Below the pieces are notes generated by a model that did not search any database, was not told the origin of the DNA, and saw only the letters and a program-made list of their open reading frames with translations. DNA of 64,000 nucleotides, from positions 18,269-82,268 of the forward strand of contig JAWOJB010000028.1 in assembly GCA_046484325.1 (NCBI GenBank), given 5' to 3'. The position numbers and the translations under genes were made by a program. Every line of letters starts with the position of its first letter. The first letter of the stretch is position 1. Below, piece after piece: positions 8,983 to 19,925 of this stretch. This stretch comes from Acidimicrobiia bacterium (GTDB lineage Bacteria > Actinomycetota > Acidimicrobiia > Spongiisociales > ZC4RG35).

Positions 8983-10107
8983 TCACGTGAGGGATGGCTC
9001 CTTGGGGAGCCCGAGGATCCTCTCACCGATGATGCCACGCAGTACCTCGGCGGTGCCTCCGCCCACGGTGAGCGCGCGGGAGAACAGCAGGCCCCAGGGC
9101 CACTCGCCCGGATCGGAGCCGAGCGGGCCGCGCTCCATGGTCATGCCCCCGGCCCCGGCCAGGTCGGCGGCGAGGTCCATCACCTCCTGGCCGTGGCGGT
9201 CGGCGAGGAGCTTCTTGACCGCCGCCTCGGGCCCGGGGAAGCGTCCGGCGATGACCTCGGAGACGATCTTCAGGCCGAGCATCCGCATCACCTCGGCGTC
9301 GACGTAGAGACGGGCGGCCCGGTCGCGCTCCGGGCCCTGCAAGCCCCCCGCCGAGCGGATGAGATCGATCAAATCGGACGTCCGGGGGCCCATCCCCCAC
9401 AACACACCCCCGGTCGAGAGCGACATCCGCTCGTTGCCGAGAGTGATCTTGGCGAGGGGCCACCCCTGGTTCTCCGATCCCACCAGGTTCCCGGCGGGCA
9501 CCCTGGCGTCGGTGAAGAACACCTCGGTGAAGTGGGCACCGCCGGACATCTCACGGATCGGGCGCACCTCCACCCCCGCCTGGCGCATCGGGAACAGGAA
9601 GTAGGAGATCCCCTGCTGCTTGGGGGCTTCCGGGTCGGTGCGGGCCAGCAGGATGCCGAAGTCGGCCTCCTGGGCCCAGGTGCTCCAGATCTTCTGCCCG
9701 TTCACCACGTACTCATCGCCGTCCCTGACCGCCCGGGTCTGGAGTGAGGCGAGGTCGGAGCCCGAGCCGGGCTCGGAGAAGAGCTGGCACCAGAACTCCT
9801 CCCCGCGGAGCAGGGGCCCGAGGTACCGGTGCTTCTGGGCATCGCTCCCGGCAGCGAGAATGGTGGGTCCGGCCCATCCGATGCCGATCGGATTGTGGGC
9901 GTGGGGGTCGATGCCGGCGGCGTCGAGCTCCTCGTCGATGACGAGTCGATGCTCAGGGTCGGCTGCGAGGCCCCACGGCGGGGGCCAGGCCGGGGCGGCG
10001 TATCCGGCCTCGGCGAGCTCGGCCGGTGACGGGTCGGGGTGCTCGGCGAGCCACCGCCGGACCTCGAGACGCCGGGGATCATCGGGTGGAGGGAGCCGGA
10101 GATCCAT
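8983..10107 (-). CDS. Acyl-CoA dehydrogenase
   Basis: WCQLFSEPGSGSDLASL, NGQKIWST, TVGGGTAEVLRGIIGERILGLP. Confidence 0.93.
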   Translation of the reverse strand: MDLRLPPPDDPRRLEVRRWLAEHPDPSPAELAEAGYAAPAWPPPWGLAADPEHRLVIDEELDAAGIDPHAHNPIGIGWAGPTILAAGSDAQKHRYLGPLLRGEEFWCQLFSEPGSGSDLASLQTRAVRDGDEYVVNGQKIWSTWAQEADFGILLARTDPEAPKQQGISYFLFPMRQAGVEVRPIREMSGGAHFTEVFFTDARVPAGNLVGSENQGWPLAKITLGNERMSLSTGGVLWGMGPRTSDLIDLIRSAGGLQGPERDRAARLYVDAEVMRMLGLKIVSEVIAGRFPGPEAAVKKLLADRHGQEVMDLAADLAGAGGMTMERGPLGSDPGEWPWGLLFSRALTVGGGTAEVLRGIIGERILGLPKEPSLT

Positions 10108-10159
10108 GCCGGCCAGCGTAGATGACCCGCTCCCGGGTGCCGGCGGACGGGCGATCCCC

Positions 10160-10594
10160 TCAGACGATGCAGAACTCGTTGCCCTCGGGGTCGGCCATCA
10201 CCACCCAGAAGCCCCCGAGCTCCGCGAATTCGTCCAGGCGGGTGGCGCCGAGACCCACGAGCCGGGCGACCTCCGCCTCGATGGCGGGCCGTCGCTCCTC
10301 CGGCGACGCCCCCGGCCCTTCGCTCACCGACACATCGAGGTGCATCCGGTTCTTGGCGGTCTTGGGCTCGGGGACCCGCTGGATGTAGATGCGGGGCCCG
10401 ACCCCCTCGGGATCGACGAGGGCCGAGGCCGAGTCCCATTCCGTCTCGGGCACACCCGCGTCGGTCAGCCAGGCCTCCCAGGAGTCGAAACCCTCCGGAG
10501 GCGGCTGGAGGACATATCCGAGCGCCTCGGCCCAGAAGGCCGACAACCGTACGGGTGAGGTGGCGTCGAACGTGACCTGGAAGGTGCGGGCCAT
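10160..10594 (-). CDS. VOC/glyoxalase family protein
   Basis: QVTFDA, FWAEALGY, KNRMHLDV, MADPEGNEFC. Confidence 0.9.
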   Translation of the reverse strand: MARTFQVTFDATSPVRLSAFWAEALGYVLQPPPEGFDSWEAWLTDAGVPETEWDSASALVDPEGVGPRIYIQRVPEPKTAKNRMHLDVSVSEGPGASPEERRPAIEAEVARLVGLGATRLDEFAELGGFWVVMADPEGNEFCIV

Positions 10595-10614
10595 GGCCGC
10601 AGGCTACCGGGAGG

Positions 10615-11187
10615 TCAGTAGTCGAGGCCCCGGCGGGCCATGATGCCGCGGTCGTAGGCGTGCTTGACCTTGACCATCTCGGTCACCGTGTCGGCGACGT
10701 CGATGAGGGGCTCGGGGGCGTCCCGACCGGTGACGATCACGTTCACGTGCTCGGGCCTCGTGCGGATGGTCTCGATGACCTCGGCGCCGTCGATCCACCC
10801 CCAGTTCATGGGGTAGGTGATCTCGTCGAGGATCACGAGGTCATGGCGCCCGGCGAGGACTACATCGCGGGAGAAGCGCCAGGCCTCGCGTGCCACCGCC
10901 TCCGACTCCGAGAGGTTCTCCGAGTCCCATGTGAACCCGTCGCCGATCGCCCACCAGTCGACGCCGAGGTCCCGACCCACCTTCTCCTCACCGACCTTCC
11001 AGTCACCCGACTTGAGGAACTGGATGACGCACACCGTCCAGCCGCGGGCAACCGCCCGCATCATCGTGCCGAAGGCGGCGGTCGACTTCCCCTTGCCGTC
11101 GCCGGTGTTGACGAGGACGAGCGATGGGGCGCGGACGGATCCGGGATCGGGCCGCTCGGTGGGGGGGGTGTCGCTGGGTCCGCTCAT
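10615..11187 (-). CDS. cobO: Cob(I)yrinic acid a,c-diamide adenosyltransferase
   Basis: VNTGDGKGKSTAAFG, QFLKSG, ILDEI, TGRDAP, KHAYD. Confidence 0.95.
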   Translation of the reverse strand: MSGPSDTPPTERPDPGSVRAPSLVLVNTGDGKGKSTAAFGTMMRAVARGWTVCVIQFLKSGDWKVGEEKVGRDLGVDWWAIGDGFTWDSENLSESEAVAREAWRFSRDVVLAGRHDLVILDEITYPMNWGWIDGAEVIETIRTRPEHVNVIVTGRDAPEPLIDVADTVTEMVKVKHAYDRGIMARRGLDY

Positions 11188-12002
11188 CTCTGGGCCGGCA
11201 TTGTGGCCCCCTGCTCGACATGTGCCGAATCGCGCAACGGGATCACCACCAGCCGGCCCGCTCCATCGTCGAGCACCCGGACCCGGGCGCCATAGTGGGT
11301 GCGGATCGCAGGCTCGGTCAGCACCGTCCGAGCCGGTCCCTCTCCCACCACCCGGCCCCCTCCCGACAGCAGGACGAGTCGGTCGCAGTACTGGGCGGCC
11401 AGGGTGAGGTCGTGCAGGGCGCTCACCACCGTGAGCTCTCGCTCACGGCGCAGCCGTTCGATCAGCTCGAGCACCTGCTGTTGGTGCCCGACGTCCAGCG
11501 ATGCGATCGGCTCGTCGAGCAACAGCAACCGCGCCTCCTGGGTGAGCGCCCGCGCCAGGACGGCGCGTTGGAGCTCTCCTCCGGAGAGGCTGTCGAGGCG
11601 GCGATCGGCGAAGCCGGTGAGGTCGAGATCGGCAAGCACCCCGGCGACGAGGTCGAGATCTCGGGGGCTCTCGACACCGAGGTACGGCAGGTGGGCGGTG
11701 CGACCCAGCAGCACGTAGTCGACGACTCTCATCCCCGGGGGGACCACCGGGCGCTGGGGGACCATGGCCAGGGCCCGGGCGAGCTCGGATCGTCCGAGAC
11801 GGCCGACCTCGTGCCCGTCGACGAGGCGCACGCCGTCTGCCTCCACCGACCCGGCGATCGACCGGAGCAGGGTGGTCTTGCCCGCACCGTTCGGCCCGAT
11901 CACGCCCACCCACTCTCCGGGGCTCACTTCCAGGTCCACCCCGTCGAGGACCCGAACCGACCCGTAGCGCACGACCAGGTCGCGGAGCCGGACGGCGCTC
12001 AT
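11184..12002 (-). CDS. btuD: Cobalamin ABC transporter ATP-binding protein
   Basis: GPNGAGKTT, LSGGELQR, LLDEP, LHDLTLAAQYCD; in riboswitch-led operon. Confidence 0.85.
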   Translation of the reverse strand: MSAVRLRDLVVRYGSVRVLDGVDLEVSPGEWVGVIGPNGAGKTTLLRSIAGSVEADGVRLVDGHEVGRLGRSELARALAMVPQRPVVPPGMRVVDYVLLGRTAHLPYLGVESPRDLDLVAGVLADLDLTGFADRRLDSLSGGELQRAVLARALTQEARLLLLDEPIASLDVGHQQQVLELIERLRRERELTVVSALHDLTLAAQYCDRLVLLSGGGRVVGEGPARTVLTEPAIRTHYGARVRVLDDGAGRLVVIPLRDSAHVEQGATMPAQR

Positions 12003-13054
12003 GAGCCACCTCGCGTGGTGCGGAGCACGACCATGAAGAAGGGAGCGCCGAGGAAGGCCGTGATCACCCCGATGGGCAGTTCCGCGGGGGCGGCCACCGT
12101 CCTCGCGGCCAGGTCGGCGGCGATGAGGAACGCCGCTCCCAGCACGATCGAGAGGGGCAGAACCACCCGGTACCCGGTCCCTGCCACGAGCCGAACGGTG
12201 TGGGGCACGATGATGCCGACGAAGCCGATGAGCCCGCTGACCGACACCACCGCCGCCGTTCCCAGCGTCGCCGCCGCCACGACGGTGAGGCGGACTCGGC
12301 GGGTGGGCACGCCGAGGGTCTCGGCCTCCTCGTTACCCACCCCCAGCACGTCGAGCAGCCGCCGGTGGAGCAGGATCACGCCCGACCCGACGACGACGTA
12401 GGGCAGCACCGCCCGCACGTCGGACCACCCGGTCGTTCCCAGCCGACCGAGGATCCACGAGTAGACCTCGCGCAGGCTCTCGGCGTTGCGCTGCACCACG
12501 AAGGTCTGAGCCGCCGTCAGGAACGAGGCCACGGCCACCCCCGCCAGCACGAGGGTCGTGGGGTCGCGCTCGCCGGCCGACCGGCCCAGGACGTAGGTCA
12601 GGACGACGGCCACGACCGCGCCGATGAACGCGGCGGGGGCGACGAGTCCCGGCGTCACACCCGACGCCCGCCCGGCGATGGCCAAGGTCGCCCCGAGGCC
12701 GGCTCCGGCGGCGACACCCAGCAGGTAGGGATCGGCCAGGGGGTTGCGGAACACTCCCTGGTAGGCGCCACCCGCCAGGGCGAGCATGGCCCCCACGAGC
12801 CCGCCCAGCACGACCCGGGGAACCCGTAGCTCCCACAGGATGGCGAGCTGCCGGTCGGAGAGTTCGACCGGGACGTCGACGAGGGGGATGCGATCGACGA
12901 GGGCCAGCAGGACCTCGCGGGCGGGCAGGTCGGCCGGTCCGATCATGACGCCCGCTCCGGCCGCTGCGATCAACGTCGCCACCGCCAACGTGGCGGCCCA
13001 AGGACCTACCCGGGCGGGTCGGAGCATGGCGACGGGACGGACGACGGCGGTCAC
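11999..13054 (-). CDS. btuC: Cobalamin ABC transporter permease (FecCD family)
   Basis: RVPRVV, QGVFRNPLADPYLLG, GLIGFVGIIVPH, ELPIGVIT; GTG overlapping the btuF stop. Confidence 0.88.
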   Translation of the reverse strand: MTAVVRPVAMLRPARVGPWAATLAVATLIAAAGAGVMIGPADLPAREVLLALVDRIPLVDVPVELSDRQLAILWELRVPRVVLGGLVGAMLALAGGAYQGVFRNPLADPYLLGVAAGAGLGATLAIAGRASGVTPGLVAPAAFIGAVVAVVLTYVLGRSAGERDPTTLVLAGVAVASFLTAAQTFVVQRNAESLREVYSWILGRLGTTGWSDVRAVLPYVVVGSGVILLHRRLLDVLGVGNEEAETLGVPTRRVRLTVVAAATLGTAAVVSVSGLIGFVGIIVPHTVRLVAGTGYRVVLPLSIVLGAAFLIAADLAARTVAAPAELPIGVITAFLGAPFFMVVLRTTRGGS

Positions 13055-13986
13055 GGCCCGGTCGCCTCCACGGTGGCCACGGCCTCGGCCACGTCCCGCA
13101 GGAAGTCGACCACCCGAGGGCCCCATCGGGAGGCCACGTCGTCGTCGAGCTCGACGACCCTGCCCGCCGCCACCGCCGTCAGAGCCGCCCAGCCGGGGCG
13201 CTGGGCGAGCGACGCCGCGCTCTGATCACAGCACTTCGTGTCCGCGAGGAAGATGAGATCCGGATCCTGTTCGAGGATGAACTCGGCCGACAGCTGCGGA
13301 TACCCGAAGCCGTCCGCGTCCGCCGGGTCGGCGATGTTCTTCAGGCCGAGGAGACCGTAGATCTCCCCGATGAACGTGGTCGACGTCGCGGTGTAAAAGC
13401 TCGGGTCGAGCTCGTGGTAGTAGGTGGGGGCGGGATCGATGTCCGCCGCTGCCGAGACGATCTCGGCGATGTCGGCTTGCATGCCGGCGACGAGCTCGGC
13501 GGCGCCACCCACGTTGCCAGTCGCCGCACCCAGTTGCTCCATCTGGGTGTAGGCCTCCTCGAGGGAGGCCACCCCCGGCATGACCAGCACGGGAACGCCC
13601 AGGGCGGCCAGTGAGCTCACCACGTCACCCGGGTCGAAGCTGACGAGCACCAGGTCCGGCTCGTAGGACGTGATCGCCTCGATGTTGGGGGTGATCCCCG
13701 ACAGATCGGTGCGCGGCGCCTCGGCCGGATAGGTCGACTGGTCGTCGACCGCCACCACCTGATCGCCCGCGCCGATGCCGTAGAGCATCTCGGTGGCGGT
13801 CGGTGAGAGCGACACGATCGCCTGCGGCCGCCGTTCGATGGTCACCGGTCCGTTGCCGGCGGCGATCGTCACCGGGAACGATCCTTCGCCCTCGGATGGC
13901 GATCCGGAATCGGGCTCTGCTCCTCCGTCGCAGGCGGCGACGAGCAGCAGCAAAGCCAGGAGAGGGAGGGAGATCCTCCTCGACAT
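13051..13986 (-). CDS. btuF: Cobalamin ABC transporter substrate-binding lipoprotein
   Basis: Lipobox LVAAC; IVSLSPTATE; SRWGPRV; GAGGAGG RBS upstream of ATG 13986. Confidence 0.88.
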   Translation of the reverse strand: MSRRISLPLLALLLLVAACDGGAEPDSGSPSEGEGSFPVTIAAGNGPVTIERRPQAIVSLSPTATEMLYGIGAGDQVVAVDDQSTYPAEAPRTDLSGITPNIEAITSYEPDLVLVSFDPGDVVSSLAALGVPVLVMPGVASLEEAYTQMEQLGAATGNVGGAAELVAGMQADIAEIVSAAADIDPAPTYYHELDPSFYTATSTTFIGEIYGLLGLKNIADPADADGFGYPQLSAEFILEQDPDLIFLADTKCCDQSAASLAQRPGWAALTAVAAGRVVELDDDVASRWGPRVVDFLRDVAEAVATVEATGP

Positions 13987-14074
13987 GGTCATCCTCCTCG
14001 ATCGGAGGATGAAGGGTCCGACCGGCGATCCCTGCGCCGGAACGGGGTTCACCTTCACCCGAGGCTACGTCCGT

Positions 14075-14170
14075 TCCGAGAGGTCAGGCGACCTGGCTCG
14101 TTCCCTCGCCGGGAACTCACAGTTGCGGGACAGCGCCGGGCTCGCACCGGACTTCGCTGACATCTCGGAG
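14075..14170 (-). ncRNA. Cobalamin riboswitch (compact form)
   Basis: Minus strand AAGTCCGGTGCGAGCCCGGCGCTGTCCCGCAACTGTGA...GAGCCAGGTCGCCTG matches the B12-box core; upstream of btuFCD-cobO; TAACGT -10 further upstream. Confidence 0.9.
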
Positions 14171-14246
14171 CCCGCCACGGCGGGCACCATCGACGTTACC
14201 AGGGCACCGACTAGCCCGGCGGGCGGTGTCGTGCTTGGCTCAACCC

Positions 14247-15897
14247 ATGGACGACCTCACCCGCCTCGCCGACGACTATTGGGCATATCGCCTGCTCACC
14301 GGAGGAATGGCTCGCCTGTGGCGGGGAGAGAAGGCACATCTCGACCTGATGGAGGACGTGTCCCTCGAGGGCGTCGCCGAGCGCCGAACGCGTCTCCTGG
14401 CATTCGCCTCCGAGGTGGAGAAGCTCGGCGGAGCCGACGGCGCAGGCCGGGCCCTCGGCAGGACGATTCGGTTCACCGCGCTGGCGGAGGCGACCGAGCA
14501 GGAGTGGCAGCACGACATCGGGTGGCCAAATCACGCCGTCGGCATCCATGCGCTGGTTCGCGCCTTCCTCCCCCGCTTCGTGCTGACCGAGCCCGACCAT
14601 GCCGACGCCTTCGTTGCCAAGATTCGCAACACCGGGGTGATGTTCGACCAGCTGTCGGATCGGCTCCGCCACAACGCCCGCACCGGGCGCACGCCCATCC
14701 GGCTCGCGGTGCTCCGTACGGCCGACGCTCTCGAGCGCCACCTGGCGAGCGACCCCGCCCACGATCCGCTCACCCGGGTCGCCCCTCCTCCCGGCCTCGG
14801 TCCGACGGCGGCGGAGTCGTTCCGGCGTGCCGTGGTCGAGTCGGCGCGAGGGGTCCTCAGACCGGCGCTCGCCCGCTACCGGGCCGTCCTGCTCGACACG
14901 GTGCTCCCGTCGGCCCGACCGGACGACCGCCCCGGGATCTGTCATCTCGACGGCGGTGACGATGGGTATGCCCGCCTCGTGTGGGCGCACACCTCGACGG
15001 CGCTCACCCCTGCCGAGATCCACGAGATCGGCCTCGACCAGGTCCGCCGTCTGGGCGGCGAGTACCGGTCCGTGGCCGGGCCGCTGCTCGCCACCGACAA
15101 CCTCGACGAGATCTTCGAGCGGCTCCGCAGCGATCCCGAGCTTCACTACCGGGATACGCCGACCCTCGTCGCCGACGCCGAGCGGGCCCTTCGCCGAGCC
15201 ACCGAAGCGGCTCCGGCCGCGTTCGACCGCCTCCCCGCGGCCGCCTGCACCGCCGAGTCCACCACCGCCGGCGCCCTCGCCTACTACTCGACCCCGGCGG
15301 AGGACGGATCAAAGCCCGGAACGTTCTTCTTCAACACCTCGGAGCCGGGCGCCTGGGGGACGTTCCAGATCGAGGCGACCACGTTCCACGAGGGGATTCC
15401 CGGCCACCACCTCCAGCTCGCCCTCGCCCAGGAGACCGCCGGACTCCACCCCGTTCACGCCAAGCTCTACATCGCCGCCTTCAACGAGGGGTGGGCCCTC
15501 TACACCGAGCGCCTCGCCGACGAGCTCGGCCTCTACTCGTCCGAACTGGCGCGGGTGGGGATGCTCACCGCCGACTCGATGCGGGCGTGCCGGCTGGTGG
15601 TGGACACGGGTATGCACGCATTCCGATGGACCCGAAACCAGGCGATCGACTTCATGGTCGACAACTCCCCGATGACCCGGGTGCAGGCCGAAGGGGAGAT
15701 CGACCGGTATCTCGCGATGCCGGGCCAGGCCCTCGGCTACATGATCGGCCGTCTCGAGATCGACCGTATCCGCGGGGAGGCGGAGCGCCGACTCTCGAGC
15801 CGCTTCCGGCCTGCCGGCTTCCACGACGCCGTGCTCGCCAACGGAACCGTGCCGCTCGACGTGCTGGCGGAGAACGTGGCCGGTTGGATCGAGGCCG

Positions 15898-15917
<20 letters not shown>
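14247..15917 (+). CDS. DUF885 family protein (putative metallopeptidase)
   Basis: HEGIPGHHLQ, AFNEGWALYTE, RACRLVVDTGMH, PGQALGYMIG. Confidence 0.9.
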
Positions 15918-16992
<1,075 letters not shown>

Positions 16993-17000
16993 CAAAGCGG

Positions 17001-17034
17001 AACCTAGGGGGCCCGGCCTAAAGACGTCGTAAGC
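17001..17034 (-). promoter_or_regulatory. htrA promoter with OmpR-type direct repeat
   Basis: Minus strand GCTTAC-N5-CTTTAG-N11-TAGGTT; same layout upstream of the kinase gene. Confidence 0.6.
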
Positions 17035-17073
17035 AACGCTCGCATGGCCAGCCGGATTCCGGCGTCCACCGGC

Positions 17074-18255
17074 TCACGGCCGGGTCAGACGGATTCGTTC
17101 GGGAGATGGTGCCTCGGGGGGCGGCCCCGTCGACGCAGACGGGATCCACAGCACGATCACGGTACCGCCCCCCGGCCGCTCGAACGCCTCCAGCCTGCCG
17201 GCGTGACCCCGCGCCACCTCGCGCACGATCGACAGACCCAGGCCGGCGCTCTCCGACGAGTCACCCCGGACGATGGCCGGGTCGACCCCGGGACCCCGGT
17301 CGGCCACCGCCATCCACGACCATCCGGACGACGAGCCGGTCTCGACGGCGATGGAGGTGGCGGGGGGTGCCGCGACCAGGGCGTTGTCGAGCAGGTTGGA
17401 GAGGGCACGAGTGATCGCATCCCGGTCGGCCCGCGCCGAGGCCCTTCCCGCCTGCACCTCGATGCCGTGGCCCGAGGTCGTGGCCCGGGCACGCATGGCA
17501 TCGACGGTCCCCTCCGCCACCTCGGCCAGATCGAGATCGACCCGGATCGATCGTCCTCCCTCGAGCCTGGCGGTGGCGAGCAGATCGTCGATCATCGTCG
17601 CCATGCGCTCGGTGGCCCTGAGAGCGATCTCCCCCGACTGCCGCCAGTCCTCTACGCCGGCATCGGGGTCCGACAGCGCCAGATCCAGGTTGGACCTGAT
17701 CACCGCCAACGGGTTGCGCAGGTCGTGCGACGTGTCGGCGAGAAATCGGCGTTGCGAGGCGAATGCCCGGTCGAGGCGATCGAGCATCGAGTCGAACGTG
17801 GCCGCCAGCCGGGTCAGCTCGTCGTCGGGGCCCTCGAGGGCGATTCGGCGCGAGAGATCGGTGGCCTGGATATCGGCGGCGACCCGGGTGATCCGGTCGA
17901 TCGGTCGGAGGGCCCAACCGGCAAGGAACCAGCCGACGACGAGGCTCAGCAGGAACAGGGCGGCCAGCGCCCGCAGTGTCCCCACCGCGATCTGGTCGAG
18001 CACGAACTCCTTCACCACCGATTCGACGGTGCGGAACTCCTGCTCCTCGAGCCTCGGCAATACGAAGGTGATGCCCCCGTACTCGAGCTGGGCGCCCGGT
18101 CGCAGGACGAGGCCCGTCATCGTCCGGCGGCGGAGGTCGGACCGGACCACGAGGTAGAGGACGCCCAGCACCAGGCCGCCGATGCCGAAGACCATGGCGG
18201 AGTAGAGCACCGACAGCCGGAAGCGGATCGACTGGAACGGGGACGGCATGTCCAC
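17074..18255 (-). CDS. HAMP-domain sensor histidine kinase
   Basis: Two TMs, HAMP, SHDLRNPL H-box, NLLDNA, DRGPG, GLGLSI. Confidence 0.93.
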   Translation of the reverse strand: MDMPSPFQSIRFRLSVLYSAMVFGIGGLVLGVLYLVVRSDLRRRTMTGLVLRPGAQLEYGGITFVLPRLEEQEFRTVESVVKEFVLDQIAVGTLRALAALFLLSLVVGWFLAGWALRPIDRITRVAADIQATDLSRRIALEGPDDELTRLAATFDSMLDRLDRAFASQRRFLADTSHDLRNPLAVIRSNLDLALSDPDAGVEDWRQSGEIALRATERMATMIDDLLATARLEGGRSIRVDLDLAEVAEGTVDAMRARATTSGHGIEVQAGRASARADRDAITRALSNLLDNALVAAPPATSIAVETGSSSGWSWMAVADRGPGVDPAIVRGDSSESAGLGLSIVREVARGHAGRLEAFERPGGGTVIVLWIPSASTGPPPEAPSPERIRLTRP

Positions 18256-18282
18256 GGCGCCCTCCTCCCGAGTGCCGCCGGA

Positions 18283-18316
18283 AGGTTACGGCCGCATCGC
18301 TAAACCACCGGTAAAG
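18283..18316 (-). promoter_or_regulatory. Internal kinase promoter with OmpR-type direct repeat
   Basis: Minus strand CTTTAC-N5-GTTTAG-N11-TAACCT. Confidence 0.6.
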
Positions 18317-18992
18317 CGGGCTCGACGATCCGGTATCCCCGACCCGGCACCGTCTCGATCGGCTGTGGGGCCCCGAGTTTCTTCCGCAGATTGGAGATCG
18401 TGACCCGCACCGTGTTCGTGAACGGGTCCGCCATCTCGTCCCACACGTGCTCCAGAAGCACCTCCTGGGACAGCACCTCGCCGGGACGCGACATGAAGAA
18501 CTCGAGCAGAGCGAACTCCTTCGAGGTCAGGCCGAGGTCCCGACCGGCCCGCACGGCCATGAACGTGGCCGGTTCGAGCTCGACGTCACCCACCCTGAGG
18601 ACCCTGCCTCCGTCCTCGCCCCGCCGCAGCAGGGCCCGGACTCGCGCCTCCAGTTCGGCGAAGACGAAGGGCTTGACCACGTAGTCGTCTGCTCCGGCGT
18701 CGAGCCCGGCGACCCGATCGTCCACGTCGTCACGGGCGGTGAGCATGAGGATCCGGGGGCGGACCCGTTCGAATGTTACGAGCTCGCCGTCGACGAGGCG
18801 CCGGCACAGATCGAGGCCCGAGCCATCGGGCAGGTTCCAATCGAGCACCACGAGGTCGTACCCACCCGACATCAGCTTCGTCTCGGCCTCGACGACGGTC
18901 ACGGCGAGATCGACCGCGTGACGGCGGCGGCGCAGACCGCGGGCGACGGCGTCTGCGAGATCCAGCTCGTCCTCGACTACGAGCAGTCGCAT
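18300..18992 (-). CDS. OmpR-family response regulator
   Basis: MRLLVVEDE, LDWNLPD, LTARD, GADDYVVKPF, IETVPGRGY. Confidence 0.95.
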   Translation of the reverse strand: MRLLVVEDELDLADAVARGLRRRRHAVDLAVTVVEAETKLMSGGYDLVVLDWNLPDGSGLDLCRRLVDGELVTFERVRPRILMLTARDDVDDRVAGLDAGADDYVVKPFVFAELEARVRALLRRGEDGGRVLRVGDVELEPATFMAVRAGRDLGLTSKEFALLEFFMSRPGEVLSQEVLLEHVWDEMADPFTNTVRVTISNLRKKLGAPQPIETVPGRGYRIVEPALPVV

Positions 18993-19012
18993 GCTCGGGA
19001 CGATACCGGAGG

Positions 19013-19726
19013 TCAGCCGCGGCAGGTCCAGTGGCTCCAGCCGCCACCCTCGTACACCAGGTACGCCGACGCCGCCACGTTGGCCACCGGGTCGAAAACG
19101 CTGGCCCCGGGATAACCCGCCTTGGCGGCGCGCACCGGCCAGTACCTCCGCAGATGCTGGAAGAGGCCCGACGCCGACGAACGGGTGTTCCTCGCTCCGG
19201 GGTCGCCCCTCGACTCGCACCGGACGATACGGAGGGCCCGGTCGACGTGCTCGGCCTTGAAGAAGTGGGCGACGAGAGGCCTCCAGTCCTCGACCGATCG
19301 CACCCGGTCGGGCACCAGGTCGTACGGGTCGACCACTCGCGGGATCACGGGCTCGTCGAGCTCCACCACCGGCTCGGGAGCCTGCAGCTCGCTCGTCAGA
19401 CAGATCGAGCCCTGGAACGGCGGACGGCACTCGGTCGGGCCCGGGGTCGAGGGCAGGATCCACCCGAGGTCGAGAGCCGCCTCGGGGACGGAGACGTGGG
19501 CGGCGGGATCCACCGGTTCGGGGACCGCGGCCACGAGCACCTCGTCGGTGACCGGCGTGGCCGCCTCGGCGGACGTGCCCAGGTCGAAGGGGTAGTCGGC
19601 GACGAGGCGGTGGGCGGGGAGCGCAACGGGCTCGAGGCCGGAGGAAGCCGACAGCATGGCTCCGCCCACCTGTCCGAGCATGGCGAACGTCATCAGCACG
19701 ATCATGGTTGGGAACGCGCGACGCAC
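19013..19726 (-). CDS. Secreted lytic transglycosylase (SLT-domain) protein
   Basis: AGGAGG RBS and GTG start; signal peptide; RIVRCESRGDP, ASGLFQH, FDPVANVAAS, GGWSHW. Confidence 0.85.
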   Translation of the reverse strand: MRRAFPTMIVLMTFAMLGQVGGAMLSASSGLEPVALPAHRLVADYPFDLGTSAEAATPVTDEVLVAAVPEPVDPAAHVSVPEAALDLGWILPSTPGPTECRPPFQGSICLTSELQAPEPVVELDEPVIPRVVDPYDLVPDRVRSVEDWRPLVAHFFKAEHVDRALRIVRCESRGDPGARNTRSSASGLFQHLRRYWPVRAAKAGYPGASVFDPVANVAASAYLVYEGGGWSHWTCRG

Positions 19727-19829
19727 GGGAATGCCTCCTGTGGTCGGGGAAGATCGACGCGACTGCGTCTGAACTGCTCGCAACCGTAACACATCTGCAA
19801 ACTCGTGCACGCATCGGGGCAACCCCAGA

Positions 19830-19885
19830 GCCAACCCAGGGTTGGGGAACACGGAAATCGTGGTTGCCGGCCCACGGTTCGCCGG
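19830..19885 (-). repeat. Dispersed palindromic repeat, family 1 half copy
   Basis: Reverse complement aligns without gaps with 3685-3740 (7 mismatches). Confidence 0.85.
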
Positions 19886-19925
19886 CGCACCGTCGATGCC
19901 GCTGTCGGCCCGGTAGCCTCCGGGC

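Noticed and set aside
19730-19900. c-di-AMP (ydaO) riboswitch before the lytic transglycosylase
   Set aside because: Conserved ydaO motifs absent; the structure there is the family 1 repeat
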